Source: Candidatus Poribacteria bacterium (GTDB taxonomy: Bacteria > Poribacteria > WGA-4E > PCPOR2b). From it: a stretch of 64,000 nucleotides of DNA. This document shows, piece after piece, positions 51,631-63,700 of the stretch; position 1 is the stretch's first letter; each line of letters opens with the position of its first letter. The notes beneath the pieces were generated by a model, which searched no databases, had not been told where the DNA came from, and was given only the letters and a program-made list of their open reading frames with translations. The translations under genes and the position numbers were made by a program. The stretch spans positions 480,001 to 544,000 of the forward strand of contig OZ242351.1 of NCBI GenBank assembly GCA_965208675.1, written 5' to 3'.

Positions 51631-53268
51631 TCAATGGAGATGTCCAGGATGTTGGTGTGCCCCTCCGGCTTCCGGTTTAGGTTCTTCTTCTACCTCCGTG
51701 ACTAATGATTCTGTCGTCAACAATAGGCCTGCTACGCTCGCCGCATTTTGAAGCGCGGATCTGACTACTTTGGTGGGGTCGACGATGCCTGCCTGAAGTA
51801 AATCTTCAAATTCTCCAGTCTGTGCGTTGAAGCCATAACCCTCTTCACCATCTTTGACTTTGGCAACGACTACGGAACTCTCCTCACCTGCGTTGTCAGT
51901 TATCCTCCGTATTGGTGCCTCCAAGGCTCTACGGACGATGTTTACGCCGACCGCCTGATCGCCGTCAAGTTGGCTATCCGAAAGCGCGGAGCTTGCTCTT
52001 AACAGCGCAAGACCTCCCCCCGGAACAATGCCTTCCTCGACAGCAGCGCGCGATGCAGACAACGCATCTTCAAATCGAGTCTTTTTCTCTTTCATCTCCG
52101 TTTCAGTCGCCGCGCCCACCCGAATCACAGCAACTCCGCCCGCTAGTTTCGCTAGACGTTCTTCTAGTTTTTCGCGATCGTAGTCGGAGGTAGTCTCCTC
52201 AATCTGCCGACGAATCTGCTCAATTCGATTTTCAATTTCCGATTTCATACCTGCGCCTTCGACGACCGTGGTATCGTCTTTGTTAACGATAACCCGCTTT
52301 GCACTGCCAAGCATGCCAATTACGAGATTTTCCAACTTAATGCCTATGTCTTCCGATATGACTTGTCCATTGGTAAGAACACCTAAGTCCCCGAGCATCG
52401 CTTTACGCCTGTCACCGAAACCCGGTGCTTTTACAGCGACACATTGACAAACGCCGCGCAGTTTATTCACGACCAATGCGGCTAAAGCTTCCCCTTCAAC
52501 ATCTTCTGCAATGATGAGTAGTGAACGTCCAAGTTGGACAACTTTCTCCAAGATTGGAACAAGGCTAGCCATCGAGCTGATCTTTCCATCATTAATCAAA
52601 ATCAGTGGATCTTCCAGTTCCGTGACCAGTTGTTCGTCGTTGGTCACAAAGTGGGGTGAGAGATATCCGCGGTCAAATTGCATCCCGTCAACATAATCAA
52701 CGTTCGTGTCAGAACTTTTTCCTTCTTCAACGGTGATGACGCCGTCCTCTCCCACATTTTCCATTGCATCTGCGATAAGTCTTCCTATTCCAGAAGCATT
52801 CGCCCGGTCATTGGCTGCAATGGATGCAACTTGTGCAATTTCATCGTGGGTGCTTATGGCTGTACTCTGTTTTTTTAGTGCTTCGACAACAGTCGCCACA
52901 GTTTTCTCAATGCCAATCTTCAATTGCATCGAATCCATGCCAGCGGCAACGCTCTTTAGCCCCTCATGGATGATTTCTTGAGCCAACACAGTTGCGGTGG
53001 TTGTACCATCGCCTGCCACGTCGTTAGTTTTGGTGGCGACCGACTTTAACAATTGTGCGCCCATGTTCTCATATTGATCGGGAAGTTCAATTTCCTTAGC
53101 AACGGTAACACCGTCACTCGCAATTACCGGTGATCCAAAGGACTTTTGGAGTATCACATTGCGGCCGCGGGGACCGAGTGTCACTGTAACCGCTTGCGCG
53201 AGTGTGTCAGCACCCCGCTGGAGGGCTTCTCGGGCTTCTACATCAAAAATCAGCTGCTTTGCTGCCAT
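51631..53268 (-). CDS. groEL: chaperonin GroEL (His-rich C-terminal tail)
   Basis: [36 protein letters not shown] and [10 protein letters not shown]. Confidence 0.97.
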   Translation of the reverse strand: MAAKQLIFDVEAREALQRGADTLAQAVTVTLGPRGRNVILQKSFGSPVIASDGVTVAKEIELPDQYENMGAQLLKSVATKTNDVAGDGTTTATVLAQEIIHEGLKSVAAGMDSMQLKIGIEKTVATVVEALKKQSTAISTHDEIAQVASIAANDRANASGIGRLIADAMENVGEDGVITVEEGKSSDTNVDYVDGMQFDRGYLSPHFVTNDEQLVTELEDPLILINDGKISSMASLVPILEKVVQLGRSLLIIAEDVEGEALAALVVNKLRGVCQCVAVKAPGFGDRRKAMLGDLGVLTNGQVISEDIGIKLENLVIGMLGSAKRVIVNKDDTTVVEGAGMKSEIENRIEQIRRQIEETTSDYDREKLEERLAKLAGGVAVIRVGAATETEMKEKKTRFEDALSASRAAVEEGIVPGGGLALLRASSALSDSQLDGDQAVGVNIVRRALEAPIRRITDNAGEESSVVVAKVKDGEEGYGFNAQTGEFEDLLQAGIVDPTKVVRSALQNAASVAGLLLTTESLVTEVEEEPKPEAGGAHQHPGHLH

Positions 53269-53317
53269 ATTTTCTCTCCTGTAGCGTCGATATTTATTTG
53301 CCTGAAAGGTGGGTTTG

Positions 53318-53344
53318 TTAGCACTCTTACAAAGTGAGTGCTAG
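53318..53344. promoter_or_regulatory. CIRCE element (HrcA operator)
   Basis: TTAGCACTC-N9-GAGTGCTAG (one mismatch to consensus), located between the promoter and the groEL start. Confidence 0.9.
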
Positions 53345-53355
53345 TCGAACACGGA

Positions 53356-53385
53356 ATTATACATCACGCTACCACAAAAAGTCAA
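53356..53385 (-). promoter_or_regulatory. sigma70 promoter of groEL
   Basis: minus strand TTGACT-18 bp-TATAAT immediately upstream of CIRCE. Confidence 0.7.
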
Positions 53386-53436
53386 CCTGATTCCTCAATT
53401 TGAAATCGGCAATTTGCAGATTTGCGATATGCCGTA

Positions 53437-54174
53437 TCAGTTGATGCCTTCCCAGTATTTCCACATGTCTTTAGGCGTTTCATACTTAATTTGATCCAAA
53501 TCTTTCCGGCTCACCCGCCCAATCAGTGCAATCCTAACATCGCGGCTGATGTTTGTGGAGGCTGTGTGCGAAAGCTGATTATGCCAGAAGCAGATATCTC
53601 CCGGTCCGCCCGTAACTTCCACCCCTACACCAAGATCAAAGGGAGCAACGCCACCCTCCAAGCTATCAATATCGTGGTGTCTGAAATACTCGGCAAAAAT
53701 CTTATGGCTCTTCGGCCAAACCATAAACCCACCGCCTTTAGATTCTACTCTGCCGAGATAGATTGTGACGCCCAAGGTAAACACGCTCACACCGCCTTTA
53801 GGGACACCGTTCGAAGGGGTGTAATAGCCGTCAAGATGTCCAGTTGGCGGATGCCATTCACTGTTTGGGGCTGGGAAATTCAGGTGGGGTGTTACCCCGC
53901 CATCGGTATTTAACGTCCCTTTGCCCACCATCTCCTCTGCCATTGCGAACACAGGTTCGGTATAGATGGTCCGCTTGAGGGCGTCTGTTCCGCCGATGTC
54001 GAAGGCCTGATATCCTTTGTCTATCCAAGAATCCGGTTCGTTTCGGTTCGCCTCAACGTTGTTCCAAATGACCTCCAACGCCGCGTCAATTACTTGCGGA
54101 TTGAGCGCATCACGTATTACGACGTATCCCTGTTCCTTGAAGTAATCTTTATCTGCCTTCGTTAGATGAGCCAT
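53437..54174 (-). CDS. phytanoyl-CoA dioxygenase (PhyH) family protein
   Basis: FKEQGYVVI, GHLDG (HxD), VWPKSH and PGDICFWH...SH. Confidence 0.8.
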   Translation of the reverse strand: MAHLTKADKDYFKEQGYVVIRDALNPQVIDAALEVIWNNVEANRNEPDSWIDKGYQAFDIGGTDALKRTIYTEPVFAMAEEMVGKGTLNTDGGVTPHLNFPAPNSEWHPPTGHLDGYYTPSNGVPKGGVSVFTLGVTIYLGRVESKGGGFMVWPKSHKIFAEYFRHHDIDSLEGGVAPFDLGVGVEVTGGPGDICFWHNQLSHTASTNISRDVRIALIGRVSRKDLDQIKYETPKDMWKYWEGIN

Positions 54175-54186
54175 TGTGTGCGTTTT

Positions 54187-55401
54187 CTATGCCCAGCCCT
54201 GGCTAACGCCTCCAACCCGCTGCTCGCTAATTTTTTCAAAGTAACCGCTCTTGCGGTACGCCGTCAACGGGTCAGGATCTCTGTCCATTTCCAAACGCAC
54301 TTGCTCAAGCAGCGGTGATGTGTCCGTTTCGTATGCCCGCTGCAATATTCGCTCGGCGTCGATTATTTCACCCGTATCCTGCGCTTCGCCCAGCGCAATT
54401 CGGTCGACGATTAACGCTTTTGCGTATGCAGTTTGTAGGTTGCAGACGGATTGAATGCTCGCTTCAACTTTGGGTTTGAGGTTGTGGCTTTGGTCGATCA
54501 TGTAGGCAATATTCGTCTTAGTACCAGGATCCAACTCTGACGCGGCGAGTTCCGTGTAAATGAGGAAAAGCTCCTGGGGGTTGATTGTTCCAACGGTCAA
54601 ATCATCATCGGCAAACTTTCGGCAGTTGAAGTGGAAACCGCCCAGTTTCCCTTCGTCGATGAGAAAGGCAACGATATATTCGATGTTTGTACCTTGCGCA
54701 TGGTGTCCGAGGTCAATCAGGACCTGCGCCTTATTGCCCAACTTGATTGCCATTACGTAAGCGTTCCCCCAATCTGCGAGGTCGGTATGATAGAACGCAG
54801 GTTCAAAGAATTTGTACTCAATAAGCATGCGTACATCATCATCGAGTGCGTCATAAACCTCGCGCAGGCATTCGTACATCCACCGCTTGCGTTTCCTGAA
54901 ATTTCCTTGGCCGGGAAAATTCGTCCCATCGGCGAACCAGAGGCTGAGCAGCGTGGACCCAGTAATCTGCATAATCTCCACACATTCTAGCATGTGATCG
55001 ACAGCAAGGCGCCGGACAGATGGGGCATGGTTGCAGATGCTTCCAAATTTGTACTCCTGCCCTTGAAAGACGTTCGGATTTATTGCCCCGATTCCAACCC
55101 CGACTTCTGCGGCGTACTGCGTTAGCCCTAGCCAATCATCTGTCTTGTCCCAAGGAATATGTAGAGCGACGGTCGGGGCGATGCCTGTGAATCTGTGGAC
55201 GGTGGCTGCATCTTCAAGGCGTTCGCGAGCATTCCGCGCGGCCCCGGATTGTGCAAATACGCCGAATCGTGTTCCTGAATTGCCGTAACCCCATGATGGG
55301 GTTTCAATGTGTTGCCTTTTGAGTATAGATTTGACCGCCTCAATCTCAATCCCTTGTTTTTCCAGGTCTTCCGCAAGTAGATTGTATTTGGGATTGCTCA
55401 T
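54187..55401 (-). CDS. rhaI: L-rhamnose isomerase (RhaI type)
   Basis: [38 protein letters not shown] and DQSHN. Confidence 0.88.
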   Translation of the reverse strand: MSNPKYNLLAEDLEKQGIEIEAVKSILKRQHIETPSWGYGNSGTRFGVFAQSGAARNARERLEDAATVHRFTGIAPTVALHIPWDKTDDWLGLTQYAAEVGVGIGAINPNVFQGQEYKFGSICNHAPSVRRLAVDHMLECVEIMQITGSTLLSLWFADGTNFPGQGNFRKRKRWMYECLREVYDALDDDVRMLIEYKFFEPAFYHTDLADWGNAYVMAIKLGNKAQVLIDLGHHAQGTNIEYIVAFLIDEGKLGGFHFNCRKFADDDLTVGTINPQELFLIYTELAASELDPGTKTNIAYMIDQSHNLKPKVEASIQSVCNLQTAYAKALIVDRIALGEAQDTGEIIDAERILQRAYETDTSPLLEQVRLEMDRDPDPLTAYRKSGYFEKISEQRVGGVSQGWA

Positions 55402-55603
55402 TCCGTATCGTCCTTGTATTTACCTAGATTTATCGACCTACGCGTGTCCAGCATAAATTCATGCCTGCCGCAATTAAAACCGACCGAATTGATTTTAAGG
55501 CCATGATGGGTTTCGAGACAAGCGGCAATCCCCATTGAAAGCATGCTCAGATAGTAGCACAACTCCCTTTTCTCGTCAACCAAAATAATCCTTGAGAATT
55601 GCC

Positions 55604-55632
55604 TTGATAGAGCTATAGGTGTACGTTATAAT
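55604..55632 (+). promoter_or_regulatory. putative sigma70 promoter of glyQS
   Basis: TTGATA-17 bp-TATAAT. Confidence 0.55.
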
Positions 55633-55683
55633 GATAAAAGAACCAGTTAAGTCGATATAGGGAAATGGCGTGGAGGAAAAGTA

Positions 55684-56982
55684 ATGGTATCAATGGAAAC
55701 AATCACCTCGCTATGCAAGAGGCGAGGATTTATCTTTCAAAGCAGCGAAATATATGAAGGACTCGCCGGCTGTTGGGATTTCGGTCCGCTCGGTGTTGAA
55801 TTAGTGCGTAACGTGAAGGAAGCCTGGTGGAAAAACGTAGTGCATCAGCGAGATGATATGGTAGGCCTAGATGCGTCAATACTAATGCATCCACAGGCTT
55901 GGGTAGCATCGGGGCACGTTGAGAACTTCACCGATCCGATGGTTGATTGTATGCGTTGTAAACGGCGTTTTCGCGCGGATCACATTGATGGGGTACACTG
56001 TTCTAATTGCGGTGGTGAATTGACCGAAGCGCGGCAATTCAACCTCATGTTCAAGACGTTCATTGGTCCCGTAGAGGACGATGCTTCGCAAGTGTATCTT
56101 CGTCCGGAAACCGCCCAAGGTATCTTTGTTAATTTTAAGAACATTATAGATTCGATGCGCCTAAAAATCCCTTTCGGCATTGCTCAAATCGGCAAGGCGT
56201 TTCGGAACGAAATCACGGTCGGAAATTTTATCTTTCGAGTTCGTGAATTTGAGCAGATGGAAATTGAGTATTTTGTGATTCCAGGCACCGATGAAGAATG
56301 GCACGAGCAGTGGATTTCAAATCGATTTGGCTGGTATTTGCAATTAGGAATTCGGAAAGAGAATCTGAGGTGCCGTCCGCACGAGAAAGATGAGTTAGCA
56401 CACTATAGCAAATCGTGTGTTGATATTGAATATCTTTTCCCAATGGGTTGGTCAGAATTGGAGGGGATCGCCAGCCGCAGCGATCACGATTTATCTGTTC
56501 ATGCTGAACATAGCAAGAAGGATTTGAATTATTATGACCCAGTTGCAGAAACACATTACGTTCCCTATGTCATCGAACCTTCAGTCGGCGTTGGGCGCGC
56601 AGCGTTGGCTTTCCTGATTGATGCTTATAGCGAGGAAGAAGTGGCTGGCAGAAAGCGCACAGTACTTCGAATTCATAAAGACCTCGCACCAATCAAGGCA
56701 GCAGTATTGCCGCTGTTGAGAAATCGGCCTGACATCGTTCAACTTGCTAGAGAGATTACACATGCGTTGCAGAAAGAATTTGTCGCGGTTTACGACGATA
56801 CCGCAGGAATTGGACGTCTGTACCGGCGGCAAGATGAAATTGGCACACCGTATTGCATTACGGTTGATGTCGAGTCTTTGGACGACCACGCCGTCACTAT
56901 CCGCGACCGTGATAGTATGCAACAGATTCGTGTTTCCGTTGACAGAGTCGTAGAGACAGTTACTGAAAAGTTAAAATCTTAA
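55684..56982 (+). CDS. glyQS: glycine--tRNA ligase, homodimeric (alpha2) type
   Basis: CKRRGF, YLRPETAQGIF, GKAFRNEI, FRVREFEQME, ELEGIA and YRRQDEIGTP. Confidence 0.95.
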   Translation: MVSMETITSLCKRRGFIFQSSEIYEGLAGCWDFGPLGVELVRNVKEAWWKNVVHQRDDMVGLDASILMHPQAWVASGHVENFTDPMVDCMRCKRRFRADHIDGVHCSNCGGELTEARQFNLMFKTFIGPVEDDASQVYLRPETAQGIFVNFKNIIDSMRLKIPFGIAQIGKAFRNEITVGNFIFRVREFEQMEIEYFVIPGTDEEWHEQWISNRFGWYLQLGIRKENLRCRPHEKDELAHYSKSCVDIEYLFPMGWSELEGIASRSDHDLSVHAEHSKKDLNYYDPVAETHYVPYVIEPSVGVGRAALAFLIDAYSEEEVAGRKRTVLRIHKDLAPIKAAVLPLLRNRPDIVQLAREITHALQKEFVAVYDDTAGIGRLYRRQDEIGTPYCITVDVESLDDHAVTIRDRDSMQQIRVSVDRVVETVTEKLKS

Positions 56983-57055
56983 GCCGAATCGCATACATCA
57001 AAATCCAGAAGCGGTGCTTAGACGTTTCACAGCAGAGGTTCAAGGGGAGTTTCTT

Positions 57056-57532
57056 ATGAAAGGGATAATTCGTAAAGCTCAATTGGCTGACGCTGCGCAC
57101 ATGGTTGAACTCTCTGAGCAAAAACGCACGGAGTATGAAAAACATAAGCCCAATTTTTGGCGTAAAGCTCATGATTCCGCCCAAAAGCAGATGCCGTATT
57201 TTGAGCAGCAAATTAGGAGCGACTAGGTAATCGCCCGCATTCATGAACAAAATGGAATAATGGATGGCTTTGTAATCGGTATGCTTGTATCAGCACCGGC
57301 GGTCTATGATCCGGGCGGGCTTAGTTGTTTCATTGACGACTTCGTGGTAAAAAACCCAAATCTTTGGCAAAGTGTAGGCGTGATGTTGCTTAACGAAGTC
57401 TTCCATGAATCTAAGCACCGGGGTGCTGTGCAGAGCATGGTTGTATGCGGGCATCACGATACACCTAAACAGTTAATGCTTGCTTCCACTGATTCTTCTA
57501 TTGCCTCTGAATGGTGGGTAAAAACGTTATAG
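57056..57532 (+). pseudogene. GNAT-like acetyltransferase split by an in-frame TAG (57224-57226)
   Basis: MKGIIRKAQLADA...; the frame continues past TAG (VIARIHEQNGIMDGFVIG...FIDDFVV...VGVMLL). Confidence 0.7.
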
Positions 57533-57595
57533 AGATTCGCAAAAATACTACAATGAGACTTGAATCACTCATGAAACTAGGAAGGAAAACTCAAA

Positions 57596-58606
57596 GTGAT
57601 ACGCGATGCAATTCAGAAAGTTGTTGATGGGCGGGACCTTACCGAGAATGAAACAGTTGACACGATGAATGAAATCATGAATGGTGAGGCGACCGATGCC
57701 CAAATAGCAAGTTTCATCACCGCTCTACGATTGAAAAAGGAAACCGTTGAAGAGATTATCGGTGCGGCGCGCGTGATGCGTGAAAAAGCTACACCCGTAC
57801 ATACCAGACATTCGTTAGTTGTGGATACATGTAGTACGGGTGGCACCCGATTGGATTCCTTCAACATCTCAACGACATCCGCCTTCGTAGTTGCGGGCGC
57901 AGGGGTGCCGGTGGCAAAACATGGTAATCGAGGGGTGACCCGCGAAAGCGGCAGTGCTAATGTATTGATGGCGCTAGGCGTCAATATTGAAATTACCCCG
58001 GAACATGTCAGTCGGTGTATTGATAACGTTGGTATCGGTTTCCTCTTTGCGCCAATGCTGCATGGGGCTATGAAATATGCAATTGGGCCTCGCCGGGAAA
58101 TTGGAATCCGCACAATTTTCAACACTGTTGCGCCCTTGACTAGCCCGGCGAGTGTTAAAGCACAAGTGGTCGGAGTTTATGCACCTGAACTCACGGAGCA
58201 ACACGCAAACGCGCTCAAAAGTTTTGGGAGTCATCACGCTTTCGTAGTGCACGGCAACGACGGATTAGATGAAATTACGACAACGACAACAACGCGAATT
58301 TCAGAGTTGGTAAATGGCGGCGTTACAAATTATACCCTTGATCCAACCGAATTGGGAATTCCTAAAGCGCATCCTAATGATATCCTAAGTGGCACCCCAG
58401 AACAAAATGCGGAAATGATTCTGCGCATTCTCAACGGCGAGACAGGGCCGAAGCGAAATATTGTTGCGCTCAATGCGGCGGCGGCAATTACCGCTGGCGG
58501 CAAAGCTGAGAATCTTAAGCAAGGATATATGCGTGCAGAAGCATCGATTGATTCAGGAAAGGCTTTGGAGAAATTAGAAGGGTTGAGGTCAATGTCGAAC
58601 GAGTAG
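57596..58606 (+). CDS. trpD: anthranilate phosphoribosyltransferase
   Basis: DTCSTGG, FNIST, VAKHGNR, RTIFN and DGLDEI. Confidence 0.93.
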   Translation: MIRDAIQKVVDGRDLTENETVDTMNEIMNGEATDAQIASFITALRLKKETVEEIIGAARVMREKATPVHTRHSLVVDTCSTGGTRLDSFNISTTSAFVVAGAGVPVAKHGNRGVTRESGSANVLMALGVNIEITPEHVSRCIDNVGIGFLFAPMLHGAMKYAIGPRREIGIRTIFNTVAPLTSPASVKAQVVGVYAPELTEQHANALKSFGSHHAFVVHGNDGLDEITTTTTTRISELVNGGVTNYTLDPTELGIPKAHPNDILSGTPEQNAEMILRILNGETGPKRNIVALNAAAAITAGGKAENLKQGYMRAEASIDSGKALEKLEGLRSMSNE

Positions 58607-58629
58607 AAACATTCAAACTAGGTGAAACG

Positions 58630-59670
58630 ATGGATTTGGTCACTTTTGGCGAGGCGATGGTTCGTCTCACTTCACCGGATTTCATGCGGTTCGAACAGGC
58701 GTCATCCTTAAACATGAACGTAGGCGGGGCCGAACTCAACGTTGCTATAAATGGAGCTCAGTTAGGATTGCGCACGGCATGGGTGTCACGGCTTGTTGAC
58801 AATTGGTCGGGCCGCTTTATCCGAAATACAGGGCGCGAGTTTGGTGTTGATATGTCCCATATCGTTTGGGCTCAATATGATGGAATCGGGCTAGAGCGCA
58901 ACGGCTTTTATCACGTTGAACTGGGAGCGGGGCCCCGTGCGAGCAACGTCACGTATGACCGCGGTTATACGGCAATTTCAAAGATTAAACCCGGCGAAGT
59001 GGATTGGCAGTCGGTTTTTGGAGGCTGCCGGTGGTTTCATTTGAGTGGAATTACTCCCGCGTTATCGGAATCCGCGGCCTTAGCATCGTGTGAGGCATTA
59101 CATACCGCACGAGCAATGGGGGTGACAACTAGTTACGATTTGAATTACCGCGCGAAGCTTTGGAGCCCAGAACGCGCGCAAGCCGTCAATCACGAAATAA
59201 TGGAGTATATCTGTATATTAATCGGGAACGAAGAGGATTTTGAGAAAGCGCTCGGCATAACTGCTGAAGGAACGGAAGGCGGCTATAGTAAACTCAATCC
59301 AGAAAGTTACAAAACGGTAGCAAAGTACGCGGCCGATCGTTATGCCAATGTTGAAATGATAGCCACGACTTTGCGCGAGGCAAAATCAGGTTGGTTAAAC
59401 GACTGGCGAACGCTTCTTTTCGACGGGGACGAATTTTACCTGTCCCGCACCTACGAAAATCTCGAACTTGTTGATCGCGTGGGCGGTGGAGACAGCTTCT
59501 CATCAGGTCTAATCTACAGTTTGCTCGGGGGCAAGCCGCCGCAAGAGACGGTTGATTTTGCTGGAGCATACTCGGCACTCGCACATACTTTTCCCGGGGA
59601 TTTTAACTGGGCAACTGCCGAAGAAGCTGAAAAGGCGATTAAGGCAGGCAGTGTGCGAATTGTTCGTTAA
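58630..59670 (+). CDS. PfkB-family sugar kinase (2-keto-3-deoxygluconate kinase-like)
   Basis: GGAELNVA, DLNYRAKLW, NEED and DRVGGGDSF. Confidence 0.88.
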   Translation: MDLVTFGEAMVRLTSPDFMRFEQASSLNMNVGGAELNVAINGAQLGLRTAWVSRLVDNWSGRFIRNTGREFGVDMSHIVWAQYDGIGLERNGFYHVELGAGPRASNVTYDRGYTAISKIKPGEVDWQSVFGGCRWFHLSGITPALSESAALASCEALHTARAMGVTTSYDLNYRAKLWSPERAQAVNHEIMEYICILIGNEEDFEKALGITAEGTEGGYSKLNPESYKTVAKYAADRYANVEMIATTLREAKSGWLNDWRTLLFDGDEFYLSRTYENLELVDRVGGGDSFSSGLIYSLLGGKPPQETVDFAGAYSALAHTFPGDFNWATAEEAEKAIKAGSVRIVR

Positions 59671-59700
59671 GCTGCGCCTGCGGATTTAGTCAATTTTCCT

Positions 59701-60726
59701 TCACGTGGTTTTCTGAATCTGGTTTAACTTGTCTTGGACAGTTGTCCACACTTCATCAACCGTTATGAGTTTCATACAGATATTGTCTTTACACTTATCG
59801 GTAAACTGCTTGCACGGGTTGCACGGAACCTGGTGGCGGATGGTTGAATGGATGAGGTCTAGCGGCTGAAAACGCGTATGATTGCCCGGCCCAAACATCG
59901 CGACCGTTGGAGTGCGCATCGCCGCGGAAATGTGCATGGGGCCCGTGTCGTTCGTGATGAAGAGATTACAACTTTCGATTAGCGCAGAGAATTGGCGAAT
60001 AGGCAAATGCGCGGAAAATGTAGTTGCCCGCGCCGCCATCAGGCGGGCGACGTGATTCACAAGTTCTCCCTCGTTTGGACCGCCAAAGATTAGCACTTGT
60101 GCGTCAAAATAATTGGTTATTCGATCGCCGATGACAGCAAAACGGTTGGGCATCCACTCACGCAATTTCCACCCCGCTCCAGGGAATAACCCCACCTTGA
60201 GCCGATTGGGATGAACGCCTTTCGTAACGAGCAGATCACGAGCGCTCTCTCGATCCGAATCCGACAAAAACAGTTCTAACGTGCGATCGGTCGCCTCAAT
60301 GCCCAATGGGCGGAGCAAATCAAAATTCCTATTGATGGCGTGTTTGTTCGCGCGGTCCTGTACACACACCGTGCACATCAATCCATTTGGCCGATGGTAC
60401 CCTACACGGCATTTTGAACCGCTTAAGTACGCCATCAAACTGGTGCGGAACTTACATTGAAAATCAATGGTGAGGCCGAACTTTCTTCGTCTCAGGAGGC
60501 GGACGATTCGCATCATTTCACTGGTATCCCTGTTTTTCGCCCTTTTATCAAAACCAATCACCTCGTCGAGGTGAGGGTTCTCGGAGAGTAAATCGACAAA
60601 CTGTTTTGCAACCAGCATTGAAATCCGCGCGTTTGGGTAGTGCCGTCGTACTGCACGGATTGCCGGGGAAGTAAGGATTATGTCGCCAAGCGAGCTGAGA
60701 CGGATGAGAAGGATGTTTTGTTTCAT
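59701..60726 (-). CDS. glycosyltransferase family 9 (LPS heptosyltransferase)
   Basis: LIRLSSLGD, NDTGPMH and FGP motifs. Confidence 0.9.
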   Translation of the reverse strand: MKQNILLIRLSSLGDIILTSPAIRAVRRHYPNARISMLVAKQFVDLLSENPHLDEVIGFDKRAKNRDTSEMMRIVRLLRRRKFGLTIDFQCKFRTSLMAYLSGSKCRVGYHRPNGLMCTVCVQDRANKHAINRNFDLLRPLGIEATDRTLELFLSDSDRESARDLLVTKGVHPNRLKVGLFPGAGWKLREWMPNRFAVIGDRITNYFDAQVLIFGGPNEGELVNHVARLMAARATTFSAHLPIRQFSALIESCNLFITNDTGPMHISAAMRTPTVAMFGPGNHTRFQPLDLIHSTIRHQVPCNPCKQFTDKCKDNICMKLITVDEVWTTVQDKLNQIQKTT

Positions 60727-60753
60727 GTTCGTGGGTTCAATCTTGCATTTGTC

Positions 60754-63700
60754 TTATCGGACAACCGCAAATTTTCCGCTGCGGCTAACTGATTGTTCGC
60801 CGCGAGTCGCTTCCAAGATTAAAATATAAACACCGCTGGCCACACTTTCACCCGCCTGATTTTGACAATTCCAATAGAACTTTCCGGTACTGGAGCCGGG
60901 CGGTTTACCAGTGACATCTTGCCATTCAACAGTGTGTACCAACTGACCTGCGGCGTCATAAATTTTCAGCGTCACGTCCGCTGATTTTGTGAGGTTGAAC
61001 CCGATTTTGACTTCATACTTAGCGGGATTTGGATAGAACGTTACTACGTCGACGAAATCAAAAATTTCGCTAGTGAAAAAGGTCTGGCGATGGTACACCG
61101 AGTTTTCCGTTCGATCAGTAGCCTTAAGCGCCAGGGTATGCTCACCTGCGTTTAGCTCGCTTGGGATGTAAGATAAACGGTCAGTGTTTCGCTCAAAATG
61201 AATTTGGACGGGCCGGCCATCGACGCGCATTTCGATGCTATCAACACCAGAGCCTCCGTCTGTAATCACGCCCTCGACGAAATAGGGACTTAAGGGCACT
61301 TCATCGCCATCTCCAGGCCGAATGGAATGGATAATCTGCGCGTCTTTTTCCGTCATGAGTGCGTAACTACCAAACCGATGTCCGACTGCCTCAAGTGTAC
61401 CGAATTCATTCGTAGTTGTATCAATCGGAATCCAAGATTCGTCCCGCGGGTTCCACCAAAACAGCACCATATCGCCAGTATTCTCTCCCTCCTCAAATCC
61501 GTTGGGTTGTGAATCTATCGTCGTCAGGGCGACGTGCGACGAATCTAAAACCGGACTAGGTCGTGGATAAGGCGAATTAAACCAGAGCAGCGAATCCCAT
61601 TCTTCATAGTTAGCTTCGATAATGTAAACAGCAGGAAGTATTGATAGGCGTCGCTGCATCGCATTATGGTTCTGTGCTGAGACAAGATTCTGATCCGATC
61701 CACTTTGGCTGCGCAATGTCATCTTTAGATCCCGTGCCATGCTTTGGTGGAACAAAACAACTTCGGGACCGCTTTCAACGTAGAGGCGAATGAGAGCGTG
61801 CAGCGGCAGTTGTTCGAGAATGTATTGCGGAAGTCGTGTTGACGCCAATCCCGAGAGTCGATTTCGATCGGTGAAATACCCGACGAGAGGTATTTGGATA
61901 TTTTTCGCATGAATATCCCTGCCGTACTGCGAGGGCTGCACAGTTGCCGAAAGCGAGAATCCATTTTGCGAAGGCGCAATGCGGAACTCGCTCTCGTATC
62001 GAAACAAGCGGACGTCATTTATTTCGACCGGTGCCGTGCCAAGTTCGTTTCTGTCCGACGAATTGAGGTTGAGTGAGTATCCTAACAATGAACCTGATGG
62101 TAAGATTTCGGCGGAACGAATAACGGCAAGGCGTTTATTTGTCTCTACGAAAACTTTCAGCACGTCTTCTGTGCGATTCGCAGAAATAGCGGCGTAAAAT
62201 GGTTGGGTGTCGATAATAGACTCAAAATCAACATTTTCCGTTGAGTTGCCTTGTGTGTCTTGAACTACCAACTTGAATGTGTGCAGCCCATCAACTAATT
62301 CATTCGGCGGTATATGTGTGAATCGCCCGGTTTCAAGATTAAAATCTAAACTATTCCCATCAAAAATCTTCGCGTCTTCCGTACCGTCAAAAACGTACTC
62401 TTGTTCATCAAAACTGAATTGGATTGTAGACGACGCGATTTCACTATCGTCAATTAGGACTGCCGTGATTTTTGTATGGGGTTGTGCGAGAACGGCGCCA
62501 TCGGGGGGAAAAATTTCTGCAATGCCGGGTGGATTCGCATCTTTTCGTACATCTAATTCCGGTTGATAAATGACGCGGCGTAGTATTTCTGCCCGGCGCC
62601 TAATTCGATTTACCGCCTCCACACGGATGAGATTGGCTTCGTCCCCGACATGGTCAGGGTCTTCCGCCTGAAGTGAAAGGGTTCTGCTAAACCGCCGATC
62701 TGGCTGCAGCGGTATTGCCACACCATTTATCTTGAGTTGAACTTCGGCGGTTTTGGTATGTCCGGAAACAGTAACATACGGTACGTTAAGAATGGCGAAG
62801 TCTTGCGGCGATTCAACAACGATCTCAGGCGGGTGATCGCCCCAAACGACGTTTCTGTAGACGCGTGTCTCTAATCCAATTGAATTCTCCGCTTTAATTT
62901 CAATTCGGTTTTCGCCTTCTCGCAACAACAACTGCGATTCAAACCTCCCTTCCTCATCAAGGTACACTGCTGCGTTGTTGAGAGTAACGGTGCGCTGTTG
63001 GTCCGTGCGCCCGTGCACGGTGATAAATCGATCGGATGTGTGCAAGCCTTCAAGCGGGTAGAGAATTTCTAAGCGAGGATATTCATTTTCGACAAAGACC
63101 TTAATTCGATCTTCGATTTCATCGCCATTTGTTGTAACGACAACTAACCTTAAGACATATGCTCCACGTAGTTTGCGTGCATCCCACTGGCCAAGGAACT
63201 TTCCCACTAAAGGGTTAGCATTTTCAATATCGAACGGCTCAGGTGTCACAGGCGCAGTTGATTTCCCACCGATTCGGTGCCACTCGTTAAGCGAAGAGGT
63301 TGAAGCATATTCTAGACGATATTCCCGAAACAATTCGCCTCGGGCGATTCCGAGGAAATTCACCTTACCGTGTACCTGTTCTCCATTGACAGGCCGTTCC
63401 AGCCGTACTTCAATGGGCAGATCAGGGAATTCTATCGACATGAAATATAGTGCATCACTAGATTGATAGACAATGGCTTTTCCATCGGGCGACCAATCAG
63501 CACTTTCAATAAATTGACCGAAGGGAGGAGATTGCCCAGCGCTTGCAATTGGGGAGATTTGCGTGATTTGCCCATCTTGTAAATTGAGGACAAAGGGCGA
63601 TTGCAGGTCTTTACCTTGATCAGATATGAAAAGCATCGATTTTCCATTTGGAGACCAAACTGGTCGAGTTTCATTTGCAAAGCTCTGGTGCAATAATTTT

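Noticed and set aside
50553-57226. Genome-wide TAG recoding (alternative genetic code)
   Set aside because: Many clear genes end at TAG in the expected place (mutS, trpD, IS3 orfB, propeller 3), and no pyl genes are present in the window.
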